From: Octopus sinensis
Taxonomy: Eukaryota
DNA: 64,000 nucleotides
Assembly: GCF_006345805.1 (NCBI RefSeq)
Contig: NC_042998.1
Coordinates: 158,596,001-158,660,000, forward strand
Direction of reading: 5' to 3'
The notes under the pieces were generated by a model. The model did not search any database. It worked only from the letters and a program-made list of their open reading frames with translations, and had not been told where the DNA came from. The position numbers were made by a program, and so were the translations under genes. Below are positions 42,973 through 58,399 of the stretch, piece after piece. The first letter of the stretch is position 1. The number at the start of each line of letters is the position of its first letter.

Positions 42973-43072
42973 ACATATATATATATATTTACACACACAC
43001 ATATGTTCATGTGTTTGTGTATGTCCCAACATACACATCCATATATGTATACGCTCACTTACACACACACTC

Positions 43073-43151
<79 letters not shown>

Positions 43152-43403
43152 GCATTTCAAGACTCTTTGTATCAACATTTCCAAAATGTATGCAAACCCA
43201 CAATGGCTTCTCTACGGCACAGGACAATCAAAATTTGAATCAGTAAATATTTTGTTGTTTTTGTTGATTATTTTATTTATTTATTTATTACCATTTCATA
43301 TAGAGAAGAAGCATGACTGGACGGATACATTTTGTGCTAACATTCACCTTAAATTAACCGTATATATATATATATTATATATATATATATATATTATATA
43401 TAT

Positions 43404-43451
<48 letters not shown>

Positions 43452-43576
43452 TATATACATATATATATATGCATATATATACATAAGTATGTGTGTATCA
43501 ATATATACACACGTACATACATATATATGTGTATATATATGTATATATATATGCGTACATATATACATATAATGTA

Positions 43577-43628
<52 letters not shown>

Positions 43629-45403
43629 ATTATTATTATGCACAGGTGTTTTAGTATGTATTTATGAATGTGTCTGCATATAGTTGTGTATAATGTGAAT
43701 ATTTGTAAATCCATGTTTACACAATAAACACGTTAAAATGTCATTTATTTCCTAATTCGATAATAGCAGTTTAAAGATTAAATATTTCATTGCAATAACT
43801 GAATGTTTTGTACTTGATATCAAATATGATCAGTCATATAATCCGAGTTTGTGCTGTAATAGAACGGTATTGATTTCTCATCAGTCAATTAATTAGAATT
43901 GATATGGATAGTAAAGATATAATCGATGGCCAGTCGTGTCATCGATGGCCAGTCGTACTCTTATTAATGTGAGATTGAAAACTTTATCTCATCGTTAACC
44001 ACTGTCAACTTCTTTTCATTAGTTTATTGGTTTTGTTTAATTTAAAGGAACTCCAATACAAGCATCCACTTAGGTGTGAAATCTTAAGAAAATTCTAAAA
44101 TGAATAATGTTTTTGAATATTTCAATCAATGAGAGGGGCATATTTATGATCATTGCAGTTGGTATACTGGTAAGTTTGATGCGAGTAATCTCCAGCCTGA
44201 ACATCTGTACGTCAATATCTGCAGAAAAAGGTCACCAATGGATGAACAAATGTGAAGTTGCAACAGCCTACCCATTAAATGTACTACCATTAAGTAGTTA
44301 CCTCCAATTGACCAGGCAGGGGTGTTAAACTAGGCAGAGTGTCAAGTCCACTATAAAATTAGTACTGCCACCTATAGGTAGGCCTAATCTAGGTCTTGTG
44401 TTGGTACCAAACTGGCAGAATCGTTAGAATATCGAATGAAATGCTTGGCGGAATTTCTGCCGGCCATTTAGGTTTTGGGTTTAAGTTTCGCCGAGGTCGA
44501 CTTAGCCTTTCATTCTTTCGTGGTCGATAAAATAGTTACCAATTGAACAATGGGGTCTATGTAATCGACTAATTCCACCATTAAAATATCTAGCCTTGTG
44601 CCAAAATTTGAAACCATCATTAATAATAACTTAACATGCCTCTCTGCTGTATTGTGTACTTTCATACCGTTGTGGACGTCTAAATGGATTAATTTAAACG
44701 TTTAAACACTTCGTATTTTGATGCATTCAATCGAACGATGGCCGCTGGAAAATATCCTCTCAGTTTTTTAACAATGTTTACAACTTAATATAATTTTTCT
44801 CTTATATTTTGTCCTAAATAGTATTTGACTCAAGATATATAGCTAAATATTGTTGGAACAAAATGTTTATTCATAACAAGAAAAGTTATCAAGTTAAAAA
44901 GGTTGTATACTAACTAGAAACAAATAGGATTTGAAAAAAATCTTGCGCAAAAAGAAACTTCTTTACTGAAAAAGTTGTTACGCAACGGAAACAGAATTAA
45001 TATTAAATGAGGAATAAACGACAGTCGTAAATAATAGTTTGTGCATGAATTCGACATGTTATCTATAAAGTTCCTCTTGTTTACCAACCTATATTACCAA
45101 AGCAAGTAATATTAATACTAGCAATAAATCATACATATTATAAACCTATCACAAGCATTTATTTAAAAAATCCCTACTACCTTTATTTTGCGTAAGTTTA
45201 CTTCTTAAAATATATTAGTTAAAATTACTTCGAGAATTTATTATTTTTTACTAGATGTGCATGTTATGACTTGAAAATGAAGAATATGGGATACATACAT
45301 ACGTATGTATGTGAGCGTTATAGCATATACATGTGTGAGTCCGTATTTACGGTTGTGCATGTGTGCATGTGTGAATATATATATATATGTATATATACAT
45401 ATA

Positions 45404-45785
45404 GGCGCAGGCGTGGCTGTGTGGTAGGAAGCTTGCTTCCCACCGACATGGTCTCGGGTTCAGTCCCACTGCGTGGCACTTCGGGCAAGTGTCTTCTACT
45501 ATAACCTCGGGCCGGCCAAAGCCTTGTGAGTGGATATCCCGTGCCGAAACGGAAAGAAGCCCGTCGTATATTTATATGTTTGTGTGTCTCTGTTAGTCAC
45601 CACCACCCCTTGACAACCGATGTTGGTGTGTTTACGTCCGCATATCTTAACAGTTCAGCAAAATACACCGATAGAATAAGTACTGGGGTTATAAAGAATA
45701 AATCCTGGGGTCAATTTGTTCGACTAAAGGTGGTGCTCCCTCATGGGTGCAGTCAAATGGCTGAAACAAATGAAAAATAAAAGAA
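45404..45785 (+). mobile_element. SINE family A, full length
   Basis: ggcgcaggcgtggctgtgtgg...gctgaaacaaatg. Confidence 0.85.
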
Positions 45786-46073
45786 TATATATATGATGTA
45801 AATCATGTGAATAAATAAATAGATTTTCATACATAGGACTTTAAATATTTTTGTACACACAGAAATGCACACTTGGTAATATATGTGTGTGTGTGGTGTG
45901 TGTGTGTGTGTGTGTATTAGAGATTGCAATTGTTATCTTTTCACGTATTATAGAAATGTTCTTGTGCTCACGTGACAGGACATCTATTGCATTGCATATA
46001 TGTTACCTGATATATTTGTATATGTATTTTGGATTGTGTGTATGTGCATTCATGAAATTTTTATGCATGATGC

Positions 46074-46109
<36 letters not shown>

Positions 46110-46164
46110 CATACATTGATATACATACGTTGTATACATACATTGATATACATACGCAGCGAAC

Positions 46165-46210
<46 letters not shown>

Positions 46211-46745
46211 GTGTGTGTGTGTGTGTGTGTGTGCGTGCGAGTGTGTGCACGAGGGTACTGTAGTCTTGAAGTGTTGCCTATCGGCTCATGCAGGAATTCA
46301 AGAAGAAAGCTTCCTGAATCGACAGGGTTGTGTAAGAATATTCTGCGTTTATTGTAAAAAAGTTACAATGAATTTGATTTTTATATAATGAATAGAATTT
46401 TTATAATGCTAGTGGTAAATTGCTAATATAATAGTTAAATTTTTTTTAATATCATATTAAGTGTTAATGTGAGCAGACAGTTAGGTAAAAGATAAGACTT
46501 GGAAGAGGATTGTAGAAAAATTTAAGTGAATATAGATTAATATTCAACTAAGTGTGAAAAATATGAACCTTGGAGTAATTCCAAGCAGTTGACTGAATAG
46601 AATAAAGTTAATATTATTTCTTTTTTTTATTATTATTTGGTACGACTGTCTGCAAAAAGATTTCACTTGAAAAAATAATTATTTGTTTTAGTATGTGTGC
46701 TTATGCGTATTTTAAAAAGCACACACACACACACACACACAACAC

Positions 46746-46804
<59 letters not shown>

Positions 46805-46809
46805 CGCTA

Positions 46810-47206
46810 TACTTGTTTCAGTCATTTGACTGCGGCCATGCTGGAGCACCGCCTTTAGTCGAGAAAATCGACCCCGGGACTTATTCTTTGTAAGCCCAGT
46901 ACTTATTCTATCGGTTTATTTTGCCGAACCGCTAAGTGACGGGGACGTAAACACACCCGCATAGGTTGTGAAGCAATGCTAGGGGGACAAACACACACAC
47001 ACAAGCACACACACATACATATATATATATATATACATATATACGACAGGCTTCTTTCAGTTTCCGTCTACCAAATCCACTAACAAGGCATTGGCTGGCC
47101 CGGGGCTATAGCAGAAGACTATAGCCCAAGATGCCATGCAGTGGGACTGAACCCGGAACCATGTGGCTGGTTAGCAAGCTACTTACCACACAGCCACTCC
47201 TGCGCC
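46810..47206 (-). mobile_element. SINE family A, full length, little diverged
   Basis: Reverse complement of the consensus; inverted relative to the 45404 copy about 1 kb away. Confidence 0.88.
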
Positions 47207-47230
47207 TATATATATATATATATATAAAAA

Positions 47231-47436
47231 CATTTACCCTCTAACTCCTGGACCAATGTTTTCAGACTTTTTTTTAGAAAATAAGATAATTTGCTAGGCA
47301 AAGTCTTCTTCAGCAAGTACACCTTAGATTGAATATATACATACACGTGTATTTATATTATTTATATATCTAGCAAATTATTTTATTTGCTAAAAAAATG
47401 TCTGAAACCGTTAGTCCAGGAGTTAGATGGTAAATG
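47231..47436. mobile_element. MITE-like element with about 40-bp imperfect inverted arms
   Basis: catttaccctctaactcctggacc... / ...gtccaggagttagatggtaaatg. Confidence 0.6.
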
Positions 47437-48302
47437 TATTTATTTTTCATTCCCTTCGAAATTTTATCCCTAATAGTGTTTTGGAATTTAACTGTTCTTT
47501 CTAGCGTAGAATTACAAACGCTTTATATTTATATTACTCTCCACCGAAGTTATGTTTGTGTTAAGATACGAATTGATAGTCTAAAATATTCTGTAAACCA
47601 CTATTGAGCTAGTTAATACTGTTAAAAACCATTGAAAATGGGGCTTTATTGTGAAATATATCATATACATTTTATGAAAATACATTCGCTTAACTAAAGA
47701 ATCAATTTATTTAAATGATCATTAAGAATACTAATACTAAATTTTGGATACAAGGATAAGATTCTTTTGAAATTTTTTCAGATTTTTTTTAGATTCTTCG
47801 AACCTTTTCGAAAATTGTGCTACCTTTTCTTGTCTTGTTCTAACTTAGCTTAATTTGTTCAGTTGCAGCATTTCCCTCTCACCTTTACCTTCCTGATCTC
47901 TCTTACTAACGGTGCTATCCAGTTGTCTTACTCTACTATACTTCAGATGCAAGGTAACAGTAGGGAATTAACATCACGCACAGATGGTTATACAGTCAAG
48001 TGGAAACAATAAAATTTTATATAACCAGATTATGGTAACTGAAAACGTTATAGTTTAAATTTATAATCCTATCTCTTGAAATTCTAACCACCAGAACGGC
48101 TTTCAAAGAGCCAAACCCACTGCAGGCCTATTCTCTTATGTCAAGTACTAGCGGACACTCGCATTAGAAAAGTTTGGTGGTAGCAAAACTCTATAGATCA
48201 GTGTCGGGAATGCAAATTCCCTACCTAAAATTCTTGTTTATGAGATTCGCCCATTTTTTATCTCATGGATCAGATTCATGTATTTTTCATCTTATGGACG
48301 TA

Positions 48303-49577
48303 CAGAGTGGGGCAGACAAGACGGACGATTTTGGAAATTTCACAAAATCATTAATTTTAGCTGCAAACAAATCTTATTGACACCAACGTGTTCGTATTGA
48401 ATTAGGATTTGTCAAAATTAAGTGTGGTGTCTTGGAAGTTGGCCTCCATTCTCTCCAGCTTTGCTCTGTCAATTTGGGCGACTTCCACGCGAATAGCGTC
48501 CTTCAAATTGTCCAATGTATGGGGCTTATGCGCATACACGCGTGCCTTGAGGTTTACCCACAAGAAATAATCACGCATGGACAAATCAGGGGACCGAGGG
48601 GACCAAGGAATGTCAGCAAACTTGGAAATTAGGTGGTCACCGAAGTGAGGGCGAATAACGTCCATTGATGCTCTGGCTGTGTCGGCCATCACCTCATCCT
48701 ACTGAAACCACGTGCATCGAACAGGCATACGTTTTCGTCGTAATTCAAACACAAAGAAGTTGTTTACCATCTCAATGTAATGCGCAGAGTTCACAGTAGC
48801 AGCATTTCCATTATTGCTTTCAAAAAAGTAAGGTCCAATGACGGCAGCTTTTCCTACAGCACACTAGACCATCACTTTTGGTCTTTCGTGCAGTTCTTTC
48901 GGATTTTCTAGAGTCCAATGACAACAGTTCTGTTGATTCACCATGCCGTTGATGTGAAAATAAGCTTCATCACTTATTAACAAAATGAGGTTGTCATTTG
49001 CTATAAAAATTGCTTCCATCTGACGTGCGAAGTTAAGCCGCTGTTCATAGTCCTATGGTTTCAAATGTTGCCCAATGACCAATTTGTACGGGTGGAAATG
49101 CAGGTCTTCATAGAAAATACGCCTTACCGATCGATTACCGATGCCAAGTTCAGTAGAATACTTTCGAGCAGAGCTATTCGGACTCCGTATGAAAGCTTGT
49201 CTGACGCGTTACATGTTTCCCGGAGTCCGTACCCTTAATGACGCCCCCACCAATTTCCTATTCATTAGTGTACCACGTGTACGAAGTGCATTCACCCAAC
49301 ATAAGATTGTGCTACGGGTTGAAACAGCCTGATTTCGATGAATGTTGAAGTGACGCCGAAACTCACGCTGAACTGCTGTGAAAGACTCGTTATTCTTCGC
49401 TTAACTGTCGTAGGCAAACACGCGATGCTCTATCGCCCACAGCGCCATAGCTTCATCTGTGAATAAAAGAAAATGCTAAGAAGCATAGACCGAAAGGTAC
49501 CTATCAGACATATGTCCCTCTCCCTAGGTTTGAGTAATAGCCATTTCAAAAACGTCCTTCTTCTCTGCTCCACCCTG
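48303..49577 (-). mobile_element. Full-length DD41D (Visitor/rosa-type) Tc1/mariner element with pseudogenised transposase (49448 to about 48402)
   Basis: Imperfect TIRs of about 35 bp (CAGAGTGGGGCAGACAAG / CTTCTCTGCTCCACCCTG), TA on both sides; ISDEAYFHING, WFQ*DEVMAD, WSPRSPDLSMRDYFLW; 41 residues counted between the second and third catalytic D. Confidence 0.9.
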
Positions 49578-50181
49578 TATTTTCATAAAACTTATTTGAT
49601 ATCCTTCCAGATTGCAATATTGAAACATAATTCGAATGGAGGTTTTTCTATTCCACTGTGAAACAACTCTGGTTTTTCCCACATTCCTTTCTATTCATCA
49701 ATAACTCACCCCTATATTTGAATCTACTCACTGGATTGTGTCGCTGTGTCAGTAAATGTTCCATTACTTTTTTAAAACTAGCTTTACAAAAAAATTATTA
49801 CACACACACACACACACACCACACACATGTACACATGTGTATCCATATACGTGTATACACACACACGCACGCACGCACACACACCCATGTACACATACAC
49901 ATGTGTATCCATATACATGTATACATACACCCTCAATAGGGTACTGCTGTCACATTTAGGTAGGTGCTGCTCACGCACACCCACTCAACGAATTATAATG
50001 AAGTCACTCTCCAAGACACACAAACCTCTTGTCCGTAGATGTAATGAATCTGCTATTTGCTTTTTCTCCCGCTAACTCAATATCCTTTACTCCGCGGAGC
50101 TGGCTGATTGCTTAGCTACTTAGCCTCAGTTGTACCATAAGTCATTTCAAATATAAACACTGTAACTTCCTCCAATATATA

Positions 50182-50217
<36 letters not shown>

Positions 50218-50488
50218 TGTATGTATTACAGAGCTAATAGTGAGGTATTATCAATCCGGGCAAAATACTTCATAAGCTCTCTGTTGGCCCACCAGGCTAA
50301 CAATATCACTTTGATTTGAGAAGTATTTTTACAGCAGGGTCCGAGTAAGCTAAATTTACTCTAATAAAGAAAAATATTTAATGACCGTTATTTATACCTC
50401 GTCTTATACATACATACATACATACATACATACATACATACACACACATACATACATACATACATACATACATACATACATACATACA

Positions 50489-50520
<32 letters not shown>

Positions 50521-50598
50521 AATAACGGTCATTAAATATTTTTCTTTATTAGAGTAAATTTATATATTTAAATTATATATGTATTAGTTGTTGTTTAA

Positions 50599-51275
50599 GG
50601 GTCACAATAGATGTCTTCGGGCGATACTAATAGTTTCACGAATTTGAAAATCCAAACACGTTCTTCGGGTGCAGATCACTCTTCCTGTGGAACTAAGAAA
50701 TTTAAGTATGACACTGGACTTGAGAAAACGCGAAAAAACGTGAAAACTTTGTAGTATATAGAAAATCGTAACTTCTACTCAGAAAACGAACCCAGGAGGC
50801 CTGATGTAAATGCAAACAATGTAGGAAATTAAATGTAAATTAAATGTAAATCGTGTTCGAAGAGTGAAATGTATATACAAAATAAATAAAATATAAGGTA
50901 AAAATGTAGAGGTATAAATATAAGAAATGTTGGGAATATAAATTTATAAAGGTTGTAAATGATAGAAAATCTAAAGGATAAAAAATAAACCTAAAAAAAA
51001 TATTTCTAAAATAAAGGCGGTGGGAGAACTATAGTAGTAAGCGATCTAACTTCCTTAGTCTTTAAATAATATGGTCGGAGGATGTCAATGTCAAATCAAT
51101 TTGGGATGGGTGGGATTGTCCAATTCTTAAAAATATGTTTTTGCATTTGTCTGCAACCGCTGAAAATTTCAGACCTCGAGTCCAATATTGAGTTGGGTGT
51201 TCTTGATCTGAACAGTATCAAGATTTTCAGACACGTGAAATTATTAGTAGCGCCCAAAGACATGTATTGTGACTC
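50599..51275. mobile_element. MITE with about 42-bp TIRs and TTAA flanks (Kolobok-like)
   Basis: TTAA|GGGTCACAATAGATGTCTTCGGGCG...CGCCCAAAGACATGTATTGTGACTC|TTAA; no ORF. Confidence 0.65.
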
Positions 51276-51347
51276 TTAAACAACAATATTTGACTCTCAC
51301 CAGATGGTGTGCTCTTTTTGTTCAATTATACCACGGTATACTTATGG

Positions 51348-51394
<47 letters not shown>

Positions 51395-51489
51395 TATATA
51401 AAGAGAGAGAAAGAGAAAAATTATATTCACACAGACTGAATGATCATAAAATCAGCGTTTATATAAATACGTTTCATTTTCAGAATTTA

Positions 51490-52140
51490 TCAGGCCAGGG
51501 TGGTGAGATCCGGTGAACGTAGAGAGTATTTAGATGAACCTCTTCCTCCAATACACATATTTATGAAAACCTCAAGCAAAAACCTTACATAACTATGGTA
51601 GTGTGGGGTTGCCTCTTCTTGTTGTAAAATAAAGTCCTACATCTTTAAAGTCTATTTGAATGCTTACATGAGAGATCGTCGCAGCAAGTTCAAATAAATG
51701 GGACCAGTCATAGTAGTGTCAAAAAGAATTATCCAGTTAATCCTTTTCATTAGATACCGCAATATACTGTAGCTCCTGGTAATTTAACATGGTGTTCCTC
51801 GGTAATATACGAATGCTCATGTCCCCATGTTGAACCATTTAATTTAAATGTAACCTCATCCCTCCAAACAATTTTTACTGAAAAGTGTATATCTTTTATA
51901 CATCTTGCCAAGCATCACTCATCATTTACATTGAGAGTTTGAACTTTTCTTGAAATGTAACTTTTCCAATGACAGTTCTTCAAAATGCAGGAGACACCTG
52001 ATTTTGAAATTCCTATCTCTTGACTTCCTTACTGCACTGATTTTCTTGAAGTCTAGCAATACGTTTCTGCTATGATTTCTTGCTTTGTGGGGCATACCAG
52101 TGTTTACGATTTTCCGGAAAGTTTCTCGAGGACATTCTGA
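51490..52140 (-). pseudogene. Degenerate Tc1/mariner transposase fragment of the same broad group
   Basis: [13 protein letters not shown]...[10 protein letters not shown]...TMTGPIYLNLLRRS...LQQEEATPHYH...LRSPDLT, with stops and frameshifts. Confidence 0.75.
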
Positions 52141-52199
52141 ACAGTTCTATCTGCTTTAAATTTATCTCTAATATCACCCTTCTCGTACAAAAGGGAACA

Positions 52200-53045
52200 T
52201 ATCATTAAATATGACAAGACGTTTCAGATACCAACAGACGAGATAAACAGCTACTAAAAATAAATATGTATCTTCAAAAACAGAAATACCCACAAAAGCT
52301 TATAAATCATGCCATAACCAAAGTAAAATAAACCCTGATCTATATCTTACGGACATTCATGCTAAGGGGGAAAATGAAAGTACAAAAATGGGTGTTCAAT
52401 TTGTAGTCACCACTAGCAACTACAATATCCTGCATTCAGTAAAATGATACTTCCCAATTTTACATCAATAATAAAATCTCTAACAAATAATTGAAAAATC
52501 AAAAATTAACAGTCGAAGACAAACTCCAAATCTCAAGAGACTTCTAACAAATGCGATATTCACATCGGAGTAAGAAATAATACCTGTAACAGACTTTGGA
52601 ACCCCCTGTGAGATATTTGAAATAATTGAGCAAGGAAGAACCAAAAGATTCGAGAATGGGAAAGAATTGAAAGTGAATGCAAACATGAATTGCAAAAAAA
52701 CAAAAAAAAATCGTATCTGTTGCATCGCTTGCTCACAATGCAATGAAAATTACACTGGAGAAACTGGGACAAAACAATCTAGTCGTGTAAACGTGCATAA
52801 ACAACAAATTAAAGATTCAGCTCATAGAAATGTTCCATGCTGTAAACATCCAGCCATTTGTACAAATAAAGAAATTAACATACACCTCTTTTGCAAAATG
52901 AGAGTTGAAAATGATCTAATACGAAAGGCAAAAGAAGATTACTTCATAAAAATTCTAAGTTCGAAAGTAAGTAATTACAAGAAAAAAAAAAGAACAACTT
53001 CCCCTATATGCATTAACCCAGAACGCGAGTGCTTAAAGAGTTGAA
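52200..53045 (+). pseudogene. Penelope-like retroelement fragment: RT C-terminus plus GIY-YIG endonuclease
   Basis: Frameshifted peptides RDKQLLKINMYLQKQKYPQKLINHAI, INSRRQTPNLKRLLTNAIF, and NCKKTKKNRICCIACSQCNENYTGETG...VHKQQI...RKAKEDYFIK (ORF 52667-53044). Confidence 0.85.
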
Positions 53046-53814
53046 AAACTAAAGCACACACAAGATGCGCACTAGATATAATATACACGATATACACAAA
53101 CGTCTTCCACAAGAGTTAGTGATATTCTGTTAAATATTTATTTTAAATAGTTACATACATTTTTTAAAAGATCTTTTTCTAATCATAGTAAATGTATGAA
53201 GTAATTTTAACAAAAGCTTTTGAAAATATACATACATACATACATACATACATACATACATACATACATACATACATACATACATACATACATACATACA
53301 TACATACATACATACATACATACATGCATACATACATATTTCTCAATCCTGAGCATAATTCTTTATTCTCGAGGTATTGTCTGTCAGAAAATAGCTTTTA
53401 ACATTTCAGAACTGGTGAATATGTTGTCGGCAAATCTGATTCTTGCGAGAAACATTGGTGATACACCATAATATTTCGATGACATTTTGCTAAACGTGGA
53501 TGAATATTACGGTTGATATTAATAAGTAACACACAATTTTCCTTCACCAGGTGAAATACAGCTACCAAACCTATCTTGAATAGCATTTATAACAATAGAA
53601 CGGGATAGTAACCTTTATGATTTGATCATTCGTAGCGATGTGTAAAAATATTTTGTATTTCTTTATAAATGTTTCTTGTTATGTACATGTATGATATCTC
53701 GTACAAAATACTAAAACTGACGTTGCATACTAATGACAACAGGAACATAAGTCCATATCACATATGTATGTATGTATGTATGTATTTATGTATATGTATA
53801 TATACACACCCACC

Positions 53815-54463
<649 letters not shown>

Positions 54464-54847
54464 CACATAAATATTCACACAGGCATAGACACACCGCACG
54501 CATTTATAGTTGTGACTGACATTTTCATGTATTCATACACATATGTACAAATTTACGCGTGTATATGTATATATACACATATATGTATATATGTATATAT
54601 ATATATGTATGTATGTATATATATATGTATGTATGTATATATATATATATATATATATACGTATAGCTATTTGTGTGTGTATATATATTTATGTGTGTGC
54701 GTGTATGCATGTATATCTATCTATCAATATATATAGATATACATACATGTACATACATACACACACACATATGTACATGCATATATTCTTTTATACGTTT
54801 CAGCCTTAAAGCTGTGGTCATACTGAAACATTGCCAGTGTATATTTA

Positions 54848-54879
<32 letters not shown>

Positions 54880-57646
54880 CATAGACACACATTCATACAC
54901 ACATACACACACACATGTGCGTATATTAGCACTTCAGTACTTTTGTACCCAATGCGTTTTACTTAAATGATTATGTAATATTAAGAGGACACATACGAGC
55001 GTTGTATATACCTGTTTATATATTTCATACGCATCAAAGCAGAAACAATCTAATAATGTGATTTATTTAAGCATTGTTTGTTATAAATGTTATTTCTAAA
55101 TTTCGCCAAGCTCTTTTCCATTCGTAAGAACCAAACCAATTCCATATGTCGATGCAGAATGAAGAGACAAGAGCCATCTCTTTATTAACGTGACACTTAA
55201 CATCGCTCAACTATGTTAGAGTTCATCATTTCATATTATGATAATTAACCTTCGGCTTCCTAGTCCGTACACAAACAAACACAGCCGCGCGCGTGTATTT
55301 ATATCCATCTAGTCATTATACTTAATGGAGTATTTATACACCATTAGTAGCCCAATTACTGCAGTATTTGACCTGGGATGACATCTCTTACGGAATTGCT
55401 GTGTTCAAAACAATAAACATCGGAGTGAAACATAAAATCGTTACGCCAAGGGCAAACAAGAACGCCAGCTGCATTTCGGTTTTTTAGGACTTTTCGGTGA
55501 CGCGTCTGGAAGAGAATTCGTCGTCTACCGCTCAAGAAAATGGTGAAAAAAATATTTACTGCAATTATGAACAGTCGCCCGGCTGAATAGAAATCCAGTA
55601 TACACAATTGGATTAGTATTCAATGAAGATTGCCAAAGATGTTCACAATAGCACATTCATACAAGACGTTATTTCAAGCAGAATACTGCTATAACAGAGC
55701 TATAAACAGTATATATACTTAGATCACTGTAAAATACATAGATCGCTGTTTTCGATTTAATACGCCCTCAGTTGAGTGTACCGGATTTTTATCCAGTTCA
55801 GCGGCTATTCGCAATTACAGTGAATATTTTATTCATTGTTTTCTATATTAGTAAGTGACGAGTTCTTGTCTGGTCATGTAGCTGGTATTAAATAAAAGTA
55901 ATTCAAAATGTACAAAAATTCCGACATTTTTCTCCTTCCGATGTTTAGGGTGCATTCAACTGAGCATTTCCATAAGAGATGTAACCTTAGGATGAATACT
56001 GAACTATCTACTGATTATATACATTAAGTATGATACATAGGTCTGCATATGATACAAATTCGCGTGTACCAGGTACATTTCTGTCTATCTATATGTGTGT
56101 GTATGTGCGAGTGTATATATATATGTATATATATATGCATATGTTTGTGTGTCTGTGTTTGTGCCCCTCACTATCGGTTGACAACCGATGCTGGTGTGCT
56201 TACGTCCCCGTTATTTAGCTGTTCGGCAAAAGAGATCTATAGAATAAGTATTAGGCTTACAAAGAATAAGTCCTGGAGCTGATTTGTTCGATTAAAAGGC
56301 GATGCTCTAGCATGGCCGCAGTAAAATTCTGAAACAAGAAGAGAATATATATATATGTGATATCATTGATATTAATATACTATAATAAAACTGATATGTC
56401 ACAGAAACGAGTGACAGTGCTGAAAATATACAGCTAACTATGTCACGTGCGCGTTATGCCTTTTTAATGGAGTGACTAATTTATTCACAATTCAGTATAA
56501 GGTAAAGTACATTTAGAAGCATACATTTTTTCTCTTTTTTTTATTTGAAATATAACCTTTCGTGTAATAATTCATTTTACTATTCATATGGTTCATCGGA
56601 GATTTTTCTGTAGAAAGTTATAAGCAATTCAGTTATATATTTAATGTCAAGGAGCCAAATCTTGTGTGATCAAGTTTACAAAATATTATCGCCACTACCA
56701 TCACCGCCATCGCTCCCGCCGCTGTTATTTCCTATTTGCTTACCCCTAGAAACTATGAAAAATGGCTAATATTTCCTTCAAACTTTGTTTTTGTTGCATT
56801 TACTCAAACCCCAACGGAACCTTCTCAACACATGGCTATGAGGCTCCCCTGCTACTCTTGCTCATGATCAAAGATGCAGATACTGTCAACCACTAAGTTC
56901 AAGTGGCAAAGTTCCAGCAATTGACTTTAACCAATTTGTGGTACTGGGCAGAATATTTGCTATAACGATAATTCTGCTTCAGCAATTCTGCACTGAATAT
57001 GTCTGAAATGTAATGGAAAATAGGTCAGTTCCAATACATGGACGTCCAAGTCACAAAAGAAAAGTTTGAAGGAAATAGTAGTCATTTCCTTTGATTTCTA
57101 AATAGAAGCAAATTTGAAATAACACCTACTGACCAAAAACAAGCAATCAAAAATTTATTTGTTATACAGTGTCATTTTAGTGTCAAAAGAAAATACAAAG
57201 TATCTCAGCTGCTGCTATTACTACTACTGTTACTTTTACTACTATTACGAGGACGACGATGTCATCAAAGACGACTACAATTAATAACAATACTTGAAAT
57301 AGACAAAATTAAGATTTTGTTTATTGAAGTTTACAATTTCTTTTATATTTATGTCAAAATATTTCTTGTTTATATTTGTATTAACATATTTTATTTTTAC
57401 TTTTGATCCAGTGAGATGTCAAACAGCTTAAGTAGCACCTCCATCTTCCCTGCAATTGCCATTTGTATTTGTTCTAATCATGTCTTATGCTTCTCTCCCC
57501 TTGCTGCTGACGTAGTCACTTGTTATATACACATATTCATACTTATACACATATAGACCTACCTACATACACATATACAAACATATATATAGAAATATAT
57601 ATATATATATATTATATATATATATATAGAAATATATGTATATATG

Positions 57647-57710
<64 letters not shown>

Positions 57711-57940
57711 CATACATACATATGTATGCATATCATATGCATATATATTTAATACAACATATACATACATGTATATATATATATCATATATATATATATA
57801 TATTATATATATATATACAATATTTATATATGTTTCTGTGCGTGTACATATGTATACACACACATATATACACATATATAATTATATATATATATATACA
57901 TTTATATATATATATATGTGTTTATATATGTGTAAATATA

Positions 57941-57981
<41 letters not shown>

Positions 57982-58399
57982 GATTATTTGTGAATAAATC
58001 ATTATTACATTTAACGTGTTTTCTTGTTTGTCATTGTCCATTTTGGTATTTAAAATTCTATTTGATATTTTGTCATATATTTGATTTTAACAAGTTTGTT
58101 CGACCAATATTTTGAAAAATTCTGTGCTTGCATGATAGCTGAAGCTGTATAAAATGGTTTCACAATGTCTTTTATCAGAGATTTATATAAACGTACATCG
58201 TACTAATGTCTTACATGACGGGAAATTGCTTCCGAATAAATAAGGAAACTACAATAGCATTTTCTGGCGTTCATATTTCTGTCAGAGATATTTACTACTT
58301 ATAGCTAAATGAAAATGTTTATGTGAGAAGAAAAATTCGGCTGTGTCTAATAAATTCTATCGATATGGAATATTATCCAATGTGCTTTTGCATGCAAAT

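Noticed and set aside
44107-44328. ORF with GIFMIIAVGILVSL resembling an ionotropic receptor M4 helix; also an 11-nt cag|TTGGTATACTG|gtaagt microexon pattern
   Set aside because: No other receptor exon found, and a short hydrophobic match is expected by chance.
50620-50675. CCGAAGA...GAAAC UAUUA GUA hammerhead-like string on the minus strand
   Set aside because: Stem I does not pair, the core is mutated, and it lies within a MITE TIR.
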